Shown here: positions 50,586 through 62,270 of the stretch, in pieces
Layout: the number at the start of each line of letters is the position of its first letter
How positions within the stretch are numbered: the stretch's first letter is position 1
DNA from: Eledone cirrhosa
Taxonomy: Eukaryota
Direction of reading: 5' to 3'
DNA length: 64,000 nucleotides
NCBI GenBank assembly: GCA_964016885.1
Contig: OZ024753.1
Span: forward strand, 30,628,001 to 30,692,000
Translations under genes and position numbers: made by a program
The notes under the pieces: generated by a model
Told to the model about the DNA's origin: nothing
Databases searched by the model: none
The model's input: only the letters and a program-made list of their open reading frames with translations

Positions 50586-53381
50586 ACACATGTGTGCATG
50601 TGTATGGAAGGGGTACATCAGGTGTAGTTTTGGCGTATTTCGGGAAGCATGAGTCTTAAAGGATGCAGTGTCTCGGCAGCTAACAATTGACGCAGGCAGT
50701 TTGTTCCATGCTTCAGCAACTCTGAGCGTGAAAAAATGTCTGCGAAAGTCATGGGAGCTGTGCTGTTTTCTTATCTTGTAGGCATGTCCACGTGTGTTAG
50801 ACACATGGAGATCAAAGAGGCGCTCAGGGTTGCAGTTGGCGAGATGGTTAAAAACTTTGTGGGTATTCACCAAGTCCATTGCCAGACGTCGGAGCTTCAA
50901 TGAATCCATGCCCAGGGAAGCAAGGCGTTCAGAGTATGGTAGGTGTCTGATGGAGGGTATGTGCTTGGTTGCACGTCTCTGAACAGTTTCCAGGAGGTCA
51001 ATGTTCCGAGCAAGATAGGGGTTCCAGACTGATGATGCGAATTCCAAGTGTGGTCGCACCATAGCTGTATACAGTTTTAAATAGATGGCTGGAGAGCGGC
51101 TAACAAAGGTCTTGCTGAGGGATGCCAAGACACCCTCGGCCTTCTTGACAATCTTAGAGACATGCTTTGTCCAACGCAAATCGTTGCTGACAGTAATGCC
51201 CAGGTCACGTTCACAAGAGGACTTTTTGATGTCAGTGTTGTGGAGGGAGTATGTGGACGCTGGATTTTTCCTTCCAAAATGCATGGTGGTACACTTGTCC
51301 ACAGCCAGCTTCAGTTGCCAGTCTGTGATCCATTGCTGCATTGTGTCCCGGTTTGATTGTAGGAAAGAGTTGTAAATTTCAGGATCGGTCCTTTTGATTT
51401 CAAGGTACAGCTTGATGTCATCTGCATATTTTAGTACCGTGGCATTCTGTAAGTTGGCATCTATGTCATTAATATATGCCACAAACAAAAGAGGACCAAG
51501 AACAGATCCCTGTGGTACACCAGATGACATCTCATATGGTGAAGAATGCTGTCCTAGAACCGTGACTACTTCCTTTCGGCTGAGAATGAAGGATTTCAGC
51601 CAGTCGAAAAGATCATCCCTCACACCCATTGCAGAGAGTTTTGCCATAAGTCTCTTGTGTGGCACAGAATTAAAAGCCTTAGCAAAGTCAAGGTAAACAA
51701 CATCCACCCATGAGCCGCTGTCAGTGATCCGGGTGATGTCCTCAAGGAACTCGATAAGCTGATCACAGCAGCTGGAGTTAGGGATAAATCCAAACTGTGA
51801 GGGCCGGATGAGGCTGTGAGAGCTCCAGAAGTTCCAAAGTGTTTCTCTGACACAGGATTCCATCAGTTTGGCCATACAGCTAGTAAGACTGACTGGACGA
51901 TAGTTGACAGGTGACATGCGGTTGCCCTTTTTGAACAGGGGAATGACACTGGCAGTTTTCCACTGCTCCGGAGTAGCACCATTGCTGAGACAGTATTGAA
52001 AGAAAAAAGAAAGCTGGCGCAAAAGGAAATCCCCGCCACGTTTGAGAAGCAGGTATGTCACACCATCAAGACCAGGGGAGGCATAGTTGCGCTTATTCTT
52101 AAGGTGACGTCGCAACATTGCAGGTGTAAATTCCATAGTTGTTATGGAATTTGATGTTAGAGATGGTGGAGATGGTACATTCTGGTTTTCAACAGTAAAA
52201 ATACTTGCATAGCACTCAGCAATGAGTTCTGCGCATTCCTTGGGATCATCAGTGATCTGGCTTGTGTGGGGATTGCGAAGAGGACCAACTGGAGAGTGAG
52301 GTCTCTGCTTTGAATGAACATATTTCCAGAACACCTTACTGTCAGGATTGGTTGCGATGCACTGTTCAAATTCAAGCACTGCCTTCTTTGTCACTTGCTT
52401 GAGATGGTTAGAAGATTTATTCCGCTTTTTTCTGTTGGCATCTGATCTATGCAGTTTATATTCCCGTTCAGCGTTCCGACGTTCTTTCCTGGCAAGTCGG
52501 ACCGCTGAAGTTTCCCAGATTGCACTTTTGGGGTGGTTATTTTTCCGCTTCCGTGGCACTGATGCTGCACACGCTATCCATATTGAGTCCAGGATGCTCT
52601 GGAGTATAGAGTTCACATCTCCAGAGTTATACATCTCATGCCAGTTTGGGCGCTGTAGCTCAGTGCAGTACAAGTTCCAATCCGTCCTCTTCCAATCAAA
52701 GCAAGCAGATTGGGGATGGCTCTGGTTTTTGTTGCTGCCCGCAAGAGCCAGATTGGCAATGATCATAGCATGATCAGAGTCGCCTAGAGGTTCCTCAGTA
52801 GTACAACTGATAACCACTTCAGGAGTAGTGGTGAAGATCAGGTCCAAAGTGTTGTCACCTCTTGTTGGAGAGGTGACTACTTGTGACCAGTTTGAGTCCA
52901 GCACTAGTTCAAGGAAATCGTTTGCACTTTGTGGCCAACGAAAGGTTTCCCAATCGATCTCAGGATGATTGAAGTCACCTGCAATAAACACATAAGTGGC
53001 TGTTTTCTTGGCAGCAACTCTGAGGATATCGCAAAGCTGTGTGTCCTGATGGTAGTTTGGGGGGCGATAAACAACACCAAGCAGAAGTGTTGACATGGTC
53101 ATACGTATGTCACAGAAAAAAACTTCTTCCTGTGATTCGTTCAAATCAACGCAAGGAATTACTGAAAAGTTTGAATGAACGTAGACCATCACACCACCAC
53201 CACGGCGGTTAATGCGGTCCTTGCGGAAAAGGTTGTACCCAGTAATGGTGAAAACCCCATCACAGAGTAAGGAATGTGCCCATGTTTCCGTGACTGTGAT
53301 GAAGTCAGGGTCGATGCTTCTGACGTAGGATTCGAACAGGTGTATCTTGTTGCATAAACTGCGAGCATTTAAGGACAACAA
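50577..53381 (-). CDS. CR1-type ORF2: AP endonuclease plus reverse transcriptase (934 aa, uninterrupted)
   Basis: LNARSL, VTETW, RGGGV, YRPP, GDFN, LDLIF, SDH; SPGLDG, NYRPVSLTS, QFGF, YLDFAKAF, GVPQGSVLGPLLF, YADD, ERDLG, RPHLEFA..VW.P, TRGH, FFTLRV..WNKLP. No ATG at the domain start. Confidence 0.95.
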   Translation of the reverse strand: MLSLNARSLCNKIHLFESYVRSIDPDFITVTETWAHSLLCDGVFTITGYNLFRKDRINRRGGGVMVYVHSNFSVIPCVDLNESQEEVFFCDIRMTMSTLLLGVVYRPPNYHQDTQLCDILRVAAKKTATYVFIAGDFNHPEIDWETFRWPQSANDFLELVLDSNWSQVVTSPTRGDNTLDLIFTTTPEVVISCTTEEPLGDSDHAMIIANLALAGSNKNQSHPQSACFDWKRTDWNLYCTELQRPNWHEMYNSGDVNSILQSILDSIWIACAASVPRKRKNNHPKSAIWETSAVRLARKERRNAEREYKLHRSDANRKKRNKSSNHLKQVTKKAVLEFEQCIATNPDSKVFWKYVHSKQRPHSPVGPLRNPHTSQITDDPKECAELIAECYASIFTVENQNVPSPPSLTSNSITTMEFTPAMLRRHLKNKRNYASPGLDGVTYLLLKRGGDFLLRQLSFFFQYCLSNGATPEQWKTASVIPLFKKGNRMSPVNYRPVSLTSCMAKLMESCVRETLWNFWSSHSLIRPSQFGFIPNSSCCDQLIEFLEDITRITDSGSWVDVVYLDFAKAFNSVPHKRLMAKLSAMGVRDDLFDWLKSFILSRKEVVTVLGQHSSPYEMSSGVPQGSVLGPLLFVAYINDIDANLQNATVLKYADDIKLYLEIKRTDPEIYNSFLQSNRDTMQQWITDWQLKLAVDKCTTMHFGRKNPASTYSLHNTDIKKSSCERDLGITVSNDLRWTKHVSKIVKKAEGVLASLSKTFVSRSPAIYLKLYTAMVRPHLEFASSVWNPYLARNIDLLETVQRRATKHIPSIRHLPYSERLASLGMDSLKLRRLAMDLVNTHKVFNHLANCNPERLFDLHVSNTRGHAYKIRKQHSSHDFRRHFFTLRVAEAWNKLPASIVSCRDTASFKTHASRNTPKLHLMYPFHTHAHMCVS

Positions 53382-53437
53382 TTTGTACCCTGCTCGCAGT
53401 TTATGATGGTGTGTAGAGGGTGGCAGGTTGTTCTGGT

Positions 53438-54028
53438 TTAGTTTCCCAGAGTTGTAGCAGTTTTTACATTGCTAGTTATTGTGGGTAGATCACACTCAGA
53501 CCAGCTGGTATCTCTCTTCCACGTTTCACCAGCCTTGACAAACCTCCAGATCTGCCCATCATCACGCAGACTGAAACTTTCATCTTGTGCTGAGTTCCGA
53601 TTCAAGGAAGCTGCAGCACTTAGTTTTGGACGTACATGGGGTGGTAGGCCTGGGCGTGTTCGGAAGGTAATCCGATTTTCACGCCCAGCTTTAGCAGAGG
53701 CCAGATGATATGAGGTTGCCTCTGCGGGGTCCGAGAAAGACAGCCTGATGAGTCTGGGTTTTGGACCAGGTCGACCAAGGCGGAGGGCACCCTTTGGGGG
53801 AACACAGCCTAGGTCTTTGGCTGAGCTGGCAGCAAATGCCTGAAGATCAGCCTTGTCCTCTGGTACCCCAATGGCAATCACTTCATGGGTAGCAGATTCC
53901 GCAGTCTTTTCAGCAAGAGGTACAGGGAGATTCTTTAGCAAGGCATTCCGATAAGACCCCTCATTGTGGGGTTCTACCCGAATGCTTGCCTCTATTCCTG
54001 CAACTTCCCTTCTCAGAGCAGAAATCAT
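53438..54028 (-). CDS. CR1-type ORF1 (partial)
   Basis: IAIGVPE...LRLGRPGPKPRLIRLSF resembles the CR1/L2 ORF1 RRM-like region; ends 57 nt before the ORF2 TTG. The track's extension to 54211 runs into another repeat. Confidence 0.7.
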   Translation of the reverse strand: MISALRREVAGIEASIRVEPHNEGSYRNALLKNLPVPLAEKTAESATHEVIAIGVPEDKADLQAFAASSAKDLGCVPPKGALRLGRPGPKPRLIRLSFSDPAEATSYHLASAKAGRENRITFRTRPGLPPHVRPKLSAAASLNRNSAQDESFSLRDDGQIWRFVKAGETWKRDTSWSECDLPTITSNVKTATTLGN

Positions 54029-55269
54029 TAGTTGATATAAGATATATGCTCTAAATAGTCGGGACCCCAACGGCTGAGCTCTTGCCGTTTCAACAACTAG
54101 TTCCAGACTCCTTAAACTAACAATTGTTTTTTTTTCTCCGAAACGGAAGGGCAGGACTGTCAGAATGTTAATGTTTTCAACGAATCTGACCTCCGGCTCA
54201 CCCGCAATCAACTTTTTCCTTCGAAAACAGAAGGGAGGGATGGAGAGGAGTTGGAACTTCCGAGTTAGGATTAAGCACTCCTCTACTATTTAATGAGAAA
54301 TTTTTTCCCCTGTATTTTTTCGTGTTTTCAGTGAATCTGACTTAAAATCGTTGGAAATTATTCGTTTTTTAGTTAACCATGCCTCTCAGCAGATGTTGGA
54401 AGGCTGGGGAGGGGTAAAATTAAAGTAGTAGTGGAAATGAAAACATTAAAAATGCTTTAGGGGTCAGATGCAGTGTGTAGTAGAGGAGGTGGCTGTGGTA
54501 TAGACATGTGATGTTTAAAGTGGATGGCAGCTGTATAAAAAGATGGAGGGTGCTCAAAATTGATGGAAACTATGGAAGAGGAAGATCTAGGAAAGCTTGG
54601 AATGGAGTGATAAAGGCTGACCTTTAATTAAATTTTTTAAAGGAGATGACACAGAATTGAGATCTCTGGTGTTATGCTGTACTGCAGTGAGAGCACGGGG
54701 AGGAGATATTGGTTACATCTCATAGAGGGTTTTTTTAAATGATAAAAACTATCGTGTTACTACAACTCACACCAATGTAGGTTTAGCTGACCTTGTATGA
54801 GATTGCATCTTATAGATTTCTAGGGGTTTTTTTAAATGATAGGTGTTCTATCATGAAATGAAACATCTATTCCAGTCCAGGAACTGTAAACCTTATGATA
54901 GTGAGTATAACAACCTAACCACCTTATGATAGTGAGTATAACAACCTAACCACCAGACATCACTAATGAGGGCAATATAGAGGTTGTTACAAGGATCTGA
55001 TATAATCTATTCTTAACAACTATTTAACTACATACATGGAGTGCCAACAGGATATAAGAAGGCTGAGAGGAATGGAATTTTATTTTTGTATGAAAGTGTG
55101 TGTTTGGCTCATGATCGTGTTTGTGAGTTCTATTCCTGGAGTGTTGGGTCCTTGAATATTAGCTACCGAAAGTAAGTTGTACCTGTAAATTCAAAGAGCC
55201 AACCTTGTCAAACACTGTCTTGCTGAATCTCCCTAAGAACTACATTAAGGGTACACATGTCTGTCGAAT

Positions 55270-55650
55270 GCTCAGTCCACACTGTAAAGTGGAAGTGCTG
55301 GTGCCATAATAAAATGCACTCAATCTACACTGAAGTGGTATTGCTGGTGCCACGATAAAATGTCCTCAGTCTACACTGTAAAGTGATAATGCTGGTGTCA
55401 CGATAACATCCACTTAGTCCACACTGTAAAGTGGTATTGATGGTGTCAGTCCACCTTGTCAAGTGGACAAACACGGCACACACCATAAAGTGGTTGTCGT
55501 TATGAATGGCATCCAGCCGTAGAACGTATGAACCAAATGGAACGTATGAACAAGACACTGTCGTCTGATCTGCCTGCTTAACTACAGAACATAACAATCC
55601 GTCTAACTCATCTTTGCACGGAAAATAGACATAAAACGATGATGATAATA
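55270..55650 (+). repeat. ~50-bp tandem units (CACACTGTAAAGTGG...GCTGGTGYCA) ending in an RTE-like 3' tail
   Basis: Ends GGCATCCAGCCGTAGAA...AAACGATGATGAT as in the RTE 3' UTR. Confidence 0.6.
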
Positions 55651-55894
55651 AAGTGTTTTTCATTAGAAATATAATAACGAAAGGTTTTAATTATTTATGT
55701 TCATCTAAAAAGCCTTCCACCATAATTCTATGTAAGAAACTTTAAGTTATGTTGCAGACATCGGCTTAATAACGAGAACATTAGTTCTATTGCTAAATCT
55801 CTCCAAATTAAAAATAAAAATAATTGAAAACCGTAGGCAATGTATTTGTAACACTTCTATAAATATACGAGCCAGTCAAAGAGAGAGATTAGCA

Positions 55895-56847
55895 GCGTGT
55901 ATCCTATCTATATGAATGCGCTCAGGCGCTCACAGTCCTCTGGCAAGCGGGCGCAGCAATCAGTGGAGACTCCACTTCGACATTCTATAGAGGGATTGTA
56001 CGTTACAAGGGCGACGACGTGCTCGGAGAGACTCTGGGCGTCGAAGACCAGTCTGTTTGGTAGGACTTTCCGCCCGGAACCTATGGACAACTTCCAGAGG
56101 TCCCTGGCCTGGCAGTGCTACCGAGGAGCTCTACCGGTTCGTGACAAGATCTACAGGCACGGACGCCCCGGCAGGGATCCTTCCAAGAGGACGTGTCCAA
56201 GATGCGCGCAGGACATTGAAACAGTTCTGCACGCAATTGTACACTGCCCGGGCGTAACCGACCTGTGGAACTATGCAGAACAACTGCTGTCGCGTATGGG
56301 ACAAATCCAGTTGACTGCCGAGTCCATAGTAAGGATCAAACCGCCAGCCTCTTTCAAAATCCAAAGAGAGGCGGTTTTCCTCTGTACGGTGGTTATGGTG
56401 AAAGAAGTTATATGGTGGACGAGGTTGAGAGGACTGAGGACAGATGCCTTTCTCTCCGGACAACAATTGATTTTCTTCTTTAAGTATCACTTTAGAAGAA
56501 GAATCAGGGTGGAGAGAGAGGCACTGCACCCCAGTAAATTTACTGAAAGGTGGGTGAATGAAGCGAAAATGGCCCGAGTGATTGGGCCTTCTCTGTTTAT
56601 AAGCCTGTAGGTTGAGGAAGAGAGCGAAAGGAAGAAAGGGGCACTTGCACAACACGCTCCTGGAGTTGAGGGCTGTTCTATCGACGGGGTATTAAACAAC
56701 CCATTTGTGGCGCCTCACCCTTATTGGGGATTTCGATTGTTGTAATTGTTTGTTTTTATATTTTTTACACGACTGTATGTAAAATCCCCGGCATGTCTTT
56801 GTATTGTCCCCTTTTCTTGTGCGCCCTTGTGGCTAATAAAGAAATAT
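55895..56847 (+). mobile_element. 5'-truncated L1/Tx1-like LINE: ORF2 C-terminal zf-RVT/CCHC region (55897-56610) and 3' UTR
   Basis: LAWQCYRGALPV...CPRCAQDIETVLHAIVHCP...LW; AATAAA at ~56835. Confidence 0.8.
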
Positions 56848-57139
56848 ATCTAGATAAATGGCGGTAATACTGGACAAATCAGTCATAAAAGACAAGTGTA
56901 ATATTAACTACAGTGAAGAGGAAATCACTTTGAATTCTCCGCCAGGCTTAAAATGCCCGTATGTCAATACGGCTTCTGTACTAAATGAGATCGAGTTAAG
57001 GATCAAAGGGAAATAAATCTTGAAACTTACTGAAGACATGCAGGATTTCTTTCCCTTTGATGGTTGCTGAAAGCGGTTTCAAAGTTACGCCTGAACGACA
57101 CCAAATCTCCACTCGATCGCTCTACCATCTAAAATTATC

Positions 57140-57140
<1 letters not shown>

Positions 57141-57202
<62 letters not shown>

Positions 57203-57850
57203 CGCCTCCTCTCTCTCTCACTCACTCCGCCTCCTCTCTCACTCACTCTGCCTCCTCTCTCTCTCACTCACTCCGCCTCTCTCTCAGCCTCCTCTCTCTC
57301 TCTCCGCCTCCTCTCTCTCTCTCCGCCTCCTCTCTCTCTCTCCTCCTCTCTCCCTCTCTCTCCGCCTTCTCTCTCTCCGCCTTCTCTCTCTCTCTCTCTC
57401 TCTCTCCGCCTCCTCTCTCTCTCCCTCCCCGCCTCTCTCTCTCTCCGCCTCCTCTCTCTCTCCGCCTCCTCTCTCTCTCCGCCTCCTCTCTCTCTCCGCC
57501 TTCTCTCTCTCTCTCCGCCTTCTCTCTCTCTCTCCGCCTTCTCTCTCTCTCTCCGCCTTCTCTCTCTCTCTCCGCCTTCTCTCTCTCTCTCCGCCTTCTC
57601 TCTCTCTCTCTCCGCCTTCTCTCTCTCTCTCTCCGCCTTCTCTCTCTCTCTCTCTCCGCCTTCTCTCTCTCTCTCTCTCTCTCCGCCTTCTCTCTCTCTC
57701 TCTCCGCCTTCTCTCTCTCTCTCTCCGCCTTCTCTCTCTCTCTCCGCCTTCTCTCTCTCTCTCCGCCTTCTCTCCCTCTCTCTCTCTGCCCCCTCTCTCT
57801 CTCTGCCTTATCTCTGCCCTCTCTCTTTGCCTTCTCTCTGCTCTCTCTCT
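57141..57850. repeat. (CT)n/CCGCCT compound microsatellite
   Basis: Direct reading. Confidence 0.96.
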
Positions 57851-58267
57851 AACATATATATATATATATATATATATTTACACACACGCACACTGTGATA
57901 CCATAATTCCATAGTTGCTCATTGTGTCCTGTTTATAAATTATCTATTTATGCTTACATAAAGTTTTGAAATATGTTAATAAGACAGAAAAAAAATAAAA
58001 CAGATTATATTGTCCTCAAATCTGTTATACAGAAAATGGCTGTTGTACTTCTATACAAGTCATTGTTCATGTGATGTTGAGAGAACACAATACTATTTAT
58101 TGTATACACTTTATCTATCAAATTTCACATCATCACTTAAACCTTCTAATTCAATTTTGTTTCCTAAACCTCTGCCTGTCAAATGGAATTAGTTTTCAGT
58201 CATTGACACTTATATGCTCTATGGGTGTCCACATAGTCAAAACTTGTCTAAAAAAATAATTTTATAT

Positions 58268-59821
58268 ATCATCATCATCATCATCATCATCAACGTTTAA
58301 CGTCCGTGTTCCACGCTTGCATGGGTTTGGACGGGGGTAGTCCCACTTGAGGCAAGAGTGATTGTCTTGCTGGCATAGGACTGTCTGGCAGGTTTTCTAC
58401 AGTTGGATGCGCTTCCTAACACCAACCACATTTACAGTGTGGGTCTGGGAGGTTTTTACTGTGTTGCCTACACGGCCACATTACAGCGTGGACTGTGTGT
58501 TTTTTTGTCGTGACACCTACACGATCTCATTTGTTTCGGCCTGGATGGCGCGGCACCAACATAACTTTACATAGAACGGGGTGGTGTGGATGGGGTGGGG
58601 GTGGTGGCGGGACGGGGTGTATTTTGTTAGAGATGCCTACTGGCAAGGCGGGTCTTCTCTGTTACTGAGTACCGCCAAAGGTCTCGGTTCAGTGACATTG
58701 TCTTGGAGAGGTGTAAGTGTGTGAGGTCGGAGTTTATCAGCTCGTCCCAGGTTTTTCTAGGTCTGCCTATTCCGTGGCTACCATCTATCTTTATTGCCCT
58801 GCACTTTGTTATACAGCTATCGACTTTCATGCGCATCACGTGTCCATACCAACGTAGCCTTCTCTCGAGTAAACAACATCTGATCCCTCTTATCTCTAAT
58901 TTTTTCCTTAGTTCGTTTATGCTTTGCCGTTCACGTATATTACTGTTACACATCCAGTGGAGCATGCAAGCTTCGTACCTCTCTAGTCTGCGTATATCCT
59001 CTGCACACAATACCCAGGTCTCACTGCCATGCAACATTGCTGTTCGTATGCAGGCATCGTACAACCTGCCTTTCATTTTTAGGGAGAACCCTTTAGCAGC
59101 TAATAGTGGTATAAGCTCTCTGAACTTTTTCCAACCAGTTCTGACTCTAGCTACAGTACTTTCAGAGCACCCTCCCCCACTGCTGATTTTATCGCCCAGG
59201 TAACGGAAGCTGTCCACTATTTCTATAGAACCCTCTGCGCAATTGAAAGAGCTAGTATTTTGTGGGCACTTGCTGCTACTTATTGCACCAGAACACCGGC
59301 CACATGTAAAATCTATGTTCTTAGTTAGCTTACCTGTGATCCCACTACATCTTTTATGCACCCATACTTTGCATTTAGGACATAAAATGGAGTTTCTACC
59401 TACGCCTTTCCTACACACCGAGCACGACCATTTCCCAGAAGGGACTGCCGCCTTGTTTTCTTTCCTACAAACTAGTACTTTGGTCTTAGCCAGGTTAATT
59501 TTAAGTCCTTTTGACTCTAGGCCGTGCTTCCATGTTTGGAATTTCTTCTCTAGCTCGGCCATTGATTCCGCTATGAGTGTCAGGTCGTCTGCGTATAGGA
59601 GTTTCCATGGGCAGCCTGTCTTGAACTCCTCTGTTATAGCCTGAAGGGCAATAATAAATAGTAGGGGGCTGAGAACAGAGCCCTGATGGACGCCAACTTT
59701 TACGCTAAACTCTTCACTATATTCGTTGTTAATTCTAACCTTGCTGACTGTTTCTTTATACATGGCTTGTATAGCCCTCACAAGCCATTCGTCAACGCCT
59801 AGTTTTCTAAGAGCCCACCAG

Positions 59822-59822
<1 letters not shown>
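58268..59822 (-). mobile_element. 5'-truncated RTE LINE (open RT 3' part 58627-59820 with PHD-like insert; 3' UTR; (GAT)n tail)
   Basis: GVHQGSVLSPLLF, LLYADD, GLKINLAKTKV, FRYLG, HGSETW, RLRWYGHVMR, GRPRKTW. Confidence 0.93.
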
Positions 59823-59854
<32 letters not shown>

Positions 59855-59890
59855 TAGTATGTGTATATACATAAATATGTATATATAAAA

Positions 59891-60986
59891 GATGTAGTGG
59901 GATCACAGGTAAGCTAACTAAGAATATAGATTCTATATGTGGCCGGTGCTCTGGTGCAATATGTAGCAGCAAGTGCACACAGAATACTAGCTCATTCCAT
60001 TGAACAGAGGGTTCTATAGAAATAGTGGACAGCTACCGTTACCTGGGTGACAAAATCAGCAGTGGGGGAGGGTGCTCTGAAAGTACAGTAGCTAGAGTCA
60101 GAACTGGATGGAAAATGTTCAGAGAGCTTATACCACTTGGGTTCAGAGAAAATGTTCAGAGAGCTTATACCGCTAAAGGGTTCTCTCTAAAAATGAAAGG
60201 CAGGCTGTATGATGCCTGCATACGAACAGCAATATTTCATGGCAGTGAGACCTGGGCATTGTGTGCAGAGGATATTCGCAGACTGGAGAGGAACGAAGCT
60301 TGCATGCTCCGCTGGATGTGTAATAGTAATATACGTGAACGGCAAAGCATAAACGTACTAAGGGAAAAATTAGAAATAAGAGGGATCAGATGTTGTTTAC
60401 TCGAGAGAAGACTACGTTGGTATGGTCACGTGATGTGCATGAAAGACGACAGCTGTATAAAAAAGTGCAGGGCAATAAAAATAGACGGTAGCCACGGAGT
60501 CGGCAGACCCAGAAAAACCTGGGACGACTTGCTAAATTCCGACCTCACACACTTACACCTCTCCAAGACAATGTCACTGGACCGAGATCTTTGGCGCTAC
60601 ACAGTTATACAGAAGACCTGCCTTACCTAAGTACAAAGCGAAATCTACAGTCAGTAGGTACCTCTAACAAAATACACCCCCATCCACACCACCCCCTTAA
60701 ATGTGAAGTTATGTTGGTACCACAACATCCAGTCCGAAACAAATGAGGTCGTGTAGGTGTCACGACAAAAAAAACACAGTCCACGCTGTAATGTGGCCGT
60801 GTAGGTAACACGGTAAAAACCTCCCAGTACACACTATAAACGTGGTTGGTGTTAGGAAGGGCATCCAGCCGTAGAAAACCCGCCAGACAGTCCTGAGCAA
60901 GACAACCACTCTTGCCTCAAGTGGGACAATTCCCGTCCAGACCCATGCTAGCGAGGAAAATGGACGTTAAACGATGATGATGATGA
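59891..60986 (+). mobile_element. Second, shorter and more damaged RTE copy in opposite orientation
   Basis: ORF 60025-60630 homologous to the 58627-59781 product; has its own 3' UTR and (GAT)n tail. Confidence 0.92.
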
Positions 60987-62119
60987 TATGAATGTATATG
61001 TTAGCAATGAAAGTGCATGGCTTAGTGTTTAGGGGGCTGGGCTTACAATCATGAAGTCGTACTTTCAATTCCGGGCTGGGTGGCACATTGTGTCCTTGAG
61101 CAAGACACTTTGTTTCACTTTATATTCAGGTTAAGGCCACATCCTATGCGGCGCTGCTCGACAAAGGTTGCCCATGCTTGTGTTAAATGAGGAGGTGGAG
61201 GATTCACTTATTCACAAGGCATTGATTGGACTGGGGTTATAGTAAAAGTAGCTTAGCCAGAATGTCATGCCATTGCCTAACAATGACAAAAAGAAAAAAA
61301 CCTATCATATTTGTAGCATTACCAATGAGGGTATATTAACCCTTTCATGGCCATATTTTTAATAAGAAACATTGCCTATAATTTTCAAGAATTTAAAGGT
61401 CTAGTTCTAGTTGGATTGTTGTCCCTTTTAATACAGACTGTTCCTGGTTCTACTGTACAAAATGGTTTATTTTAAAGTGTTTGTTTATCTAAAAACCTCT
61501 CACCATAATTTTATCTAAACTTTTGTTGTTATATTCCAAACACAAGTTTAATAATGAGAAAATTAATTGTATTTTTAAGTCTCTCCAAATTCTCAATTAT
61601 TTTCAAAATTATTAAAAAATTATAAGCAGTCTTTCATCAGAAATATGGTAACAGATGGGTTACTTATAATAATTATTTAACTTTGAACATTTTTTAACAG
61701 ACATAGTAATTTTCCATTCTCATCTTCCTGCTGTTAATAAGTACATTTTCTCACTAAAACCAGTATTTCATCAATATATACTTATTGAACCATTTTTCTT
61801 TATTCTCCATAAATAATCAAACCTAATTATTTATTTAACTAGCCATTGTTATAGTTGTTTCAGTTTTTTTGTTTCTTCCTCTGCACAATATTGATTTGAT
61901 GTGTAAAGTGAATTCATGTGAAATCACCTCACCATGATTTTACTTCAAATTATTTTAATTCAATTGGATTAATCTTATGCAACATATTACTGATATGCTA
62001 AATGCTGTAACATATCTGTTCTACTTCATCGCTACCATCGATTTTTACGTTCACTTTTCTATGCTGGCATGGGTTGTACAGGTCTTTTTATTCTTTTTGG
62101 TTGCATTGTTTCCATGGCA

Positions 62120-62270
62120 GGGTGTTTCTACATTTAGCACAAGGCCAGCAATTTGCAGGGAAGTGGAAAGTCAAATAAATTAATCCCAGTGCGTTACTGG
62201 TACTTTATTTTATTGACCCCATAAAGATGAAAGGCAAAGCTAGTCTCGGCAGGATTTGAACTCCGAATGT
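62120..62270 (-). mobile_element. SINE1, 5'-truncated
   Basis: Reverse-complement core. Confidence 0.8.

Larger units (their letters stand above)
50079..54030 (-). mobile_element. CR1-clade LINE, probably 5'-truncated in ORF1
   Basis: ORF1, APE-RT ORF2, tandemly repeated 3' UTR and (ATT)n tail. Confidence 0.9.

Noticed and set aside
54029-54211. N-terminal extension of CR1 ORF1 in the ORF track
   Set aside because: Starts at TTG and crosses a family B repeat half (54061-54095); likely outside the LINE.
57057-57914. 285-aa Ser/Leu-rich ORF
   Set aside because: Translation of a (CT)n compound microsatellite.
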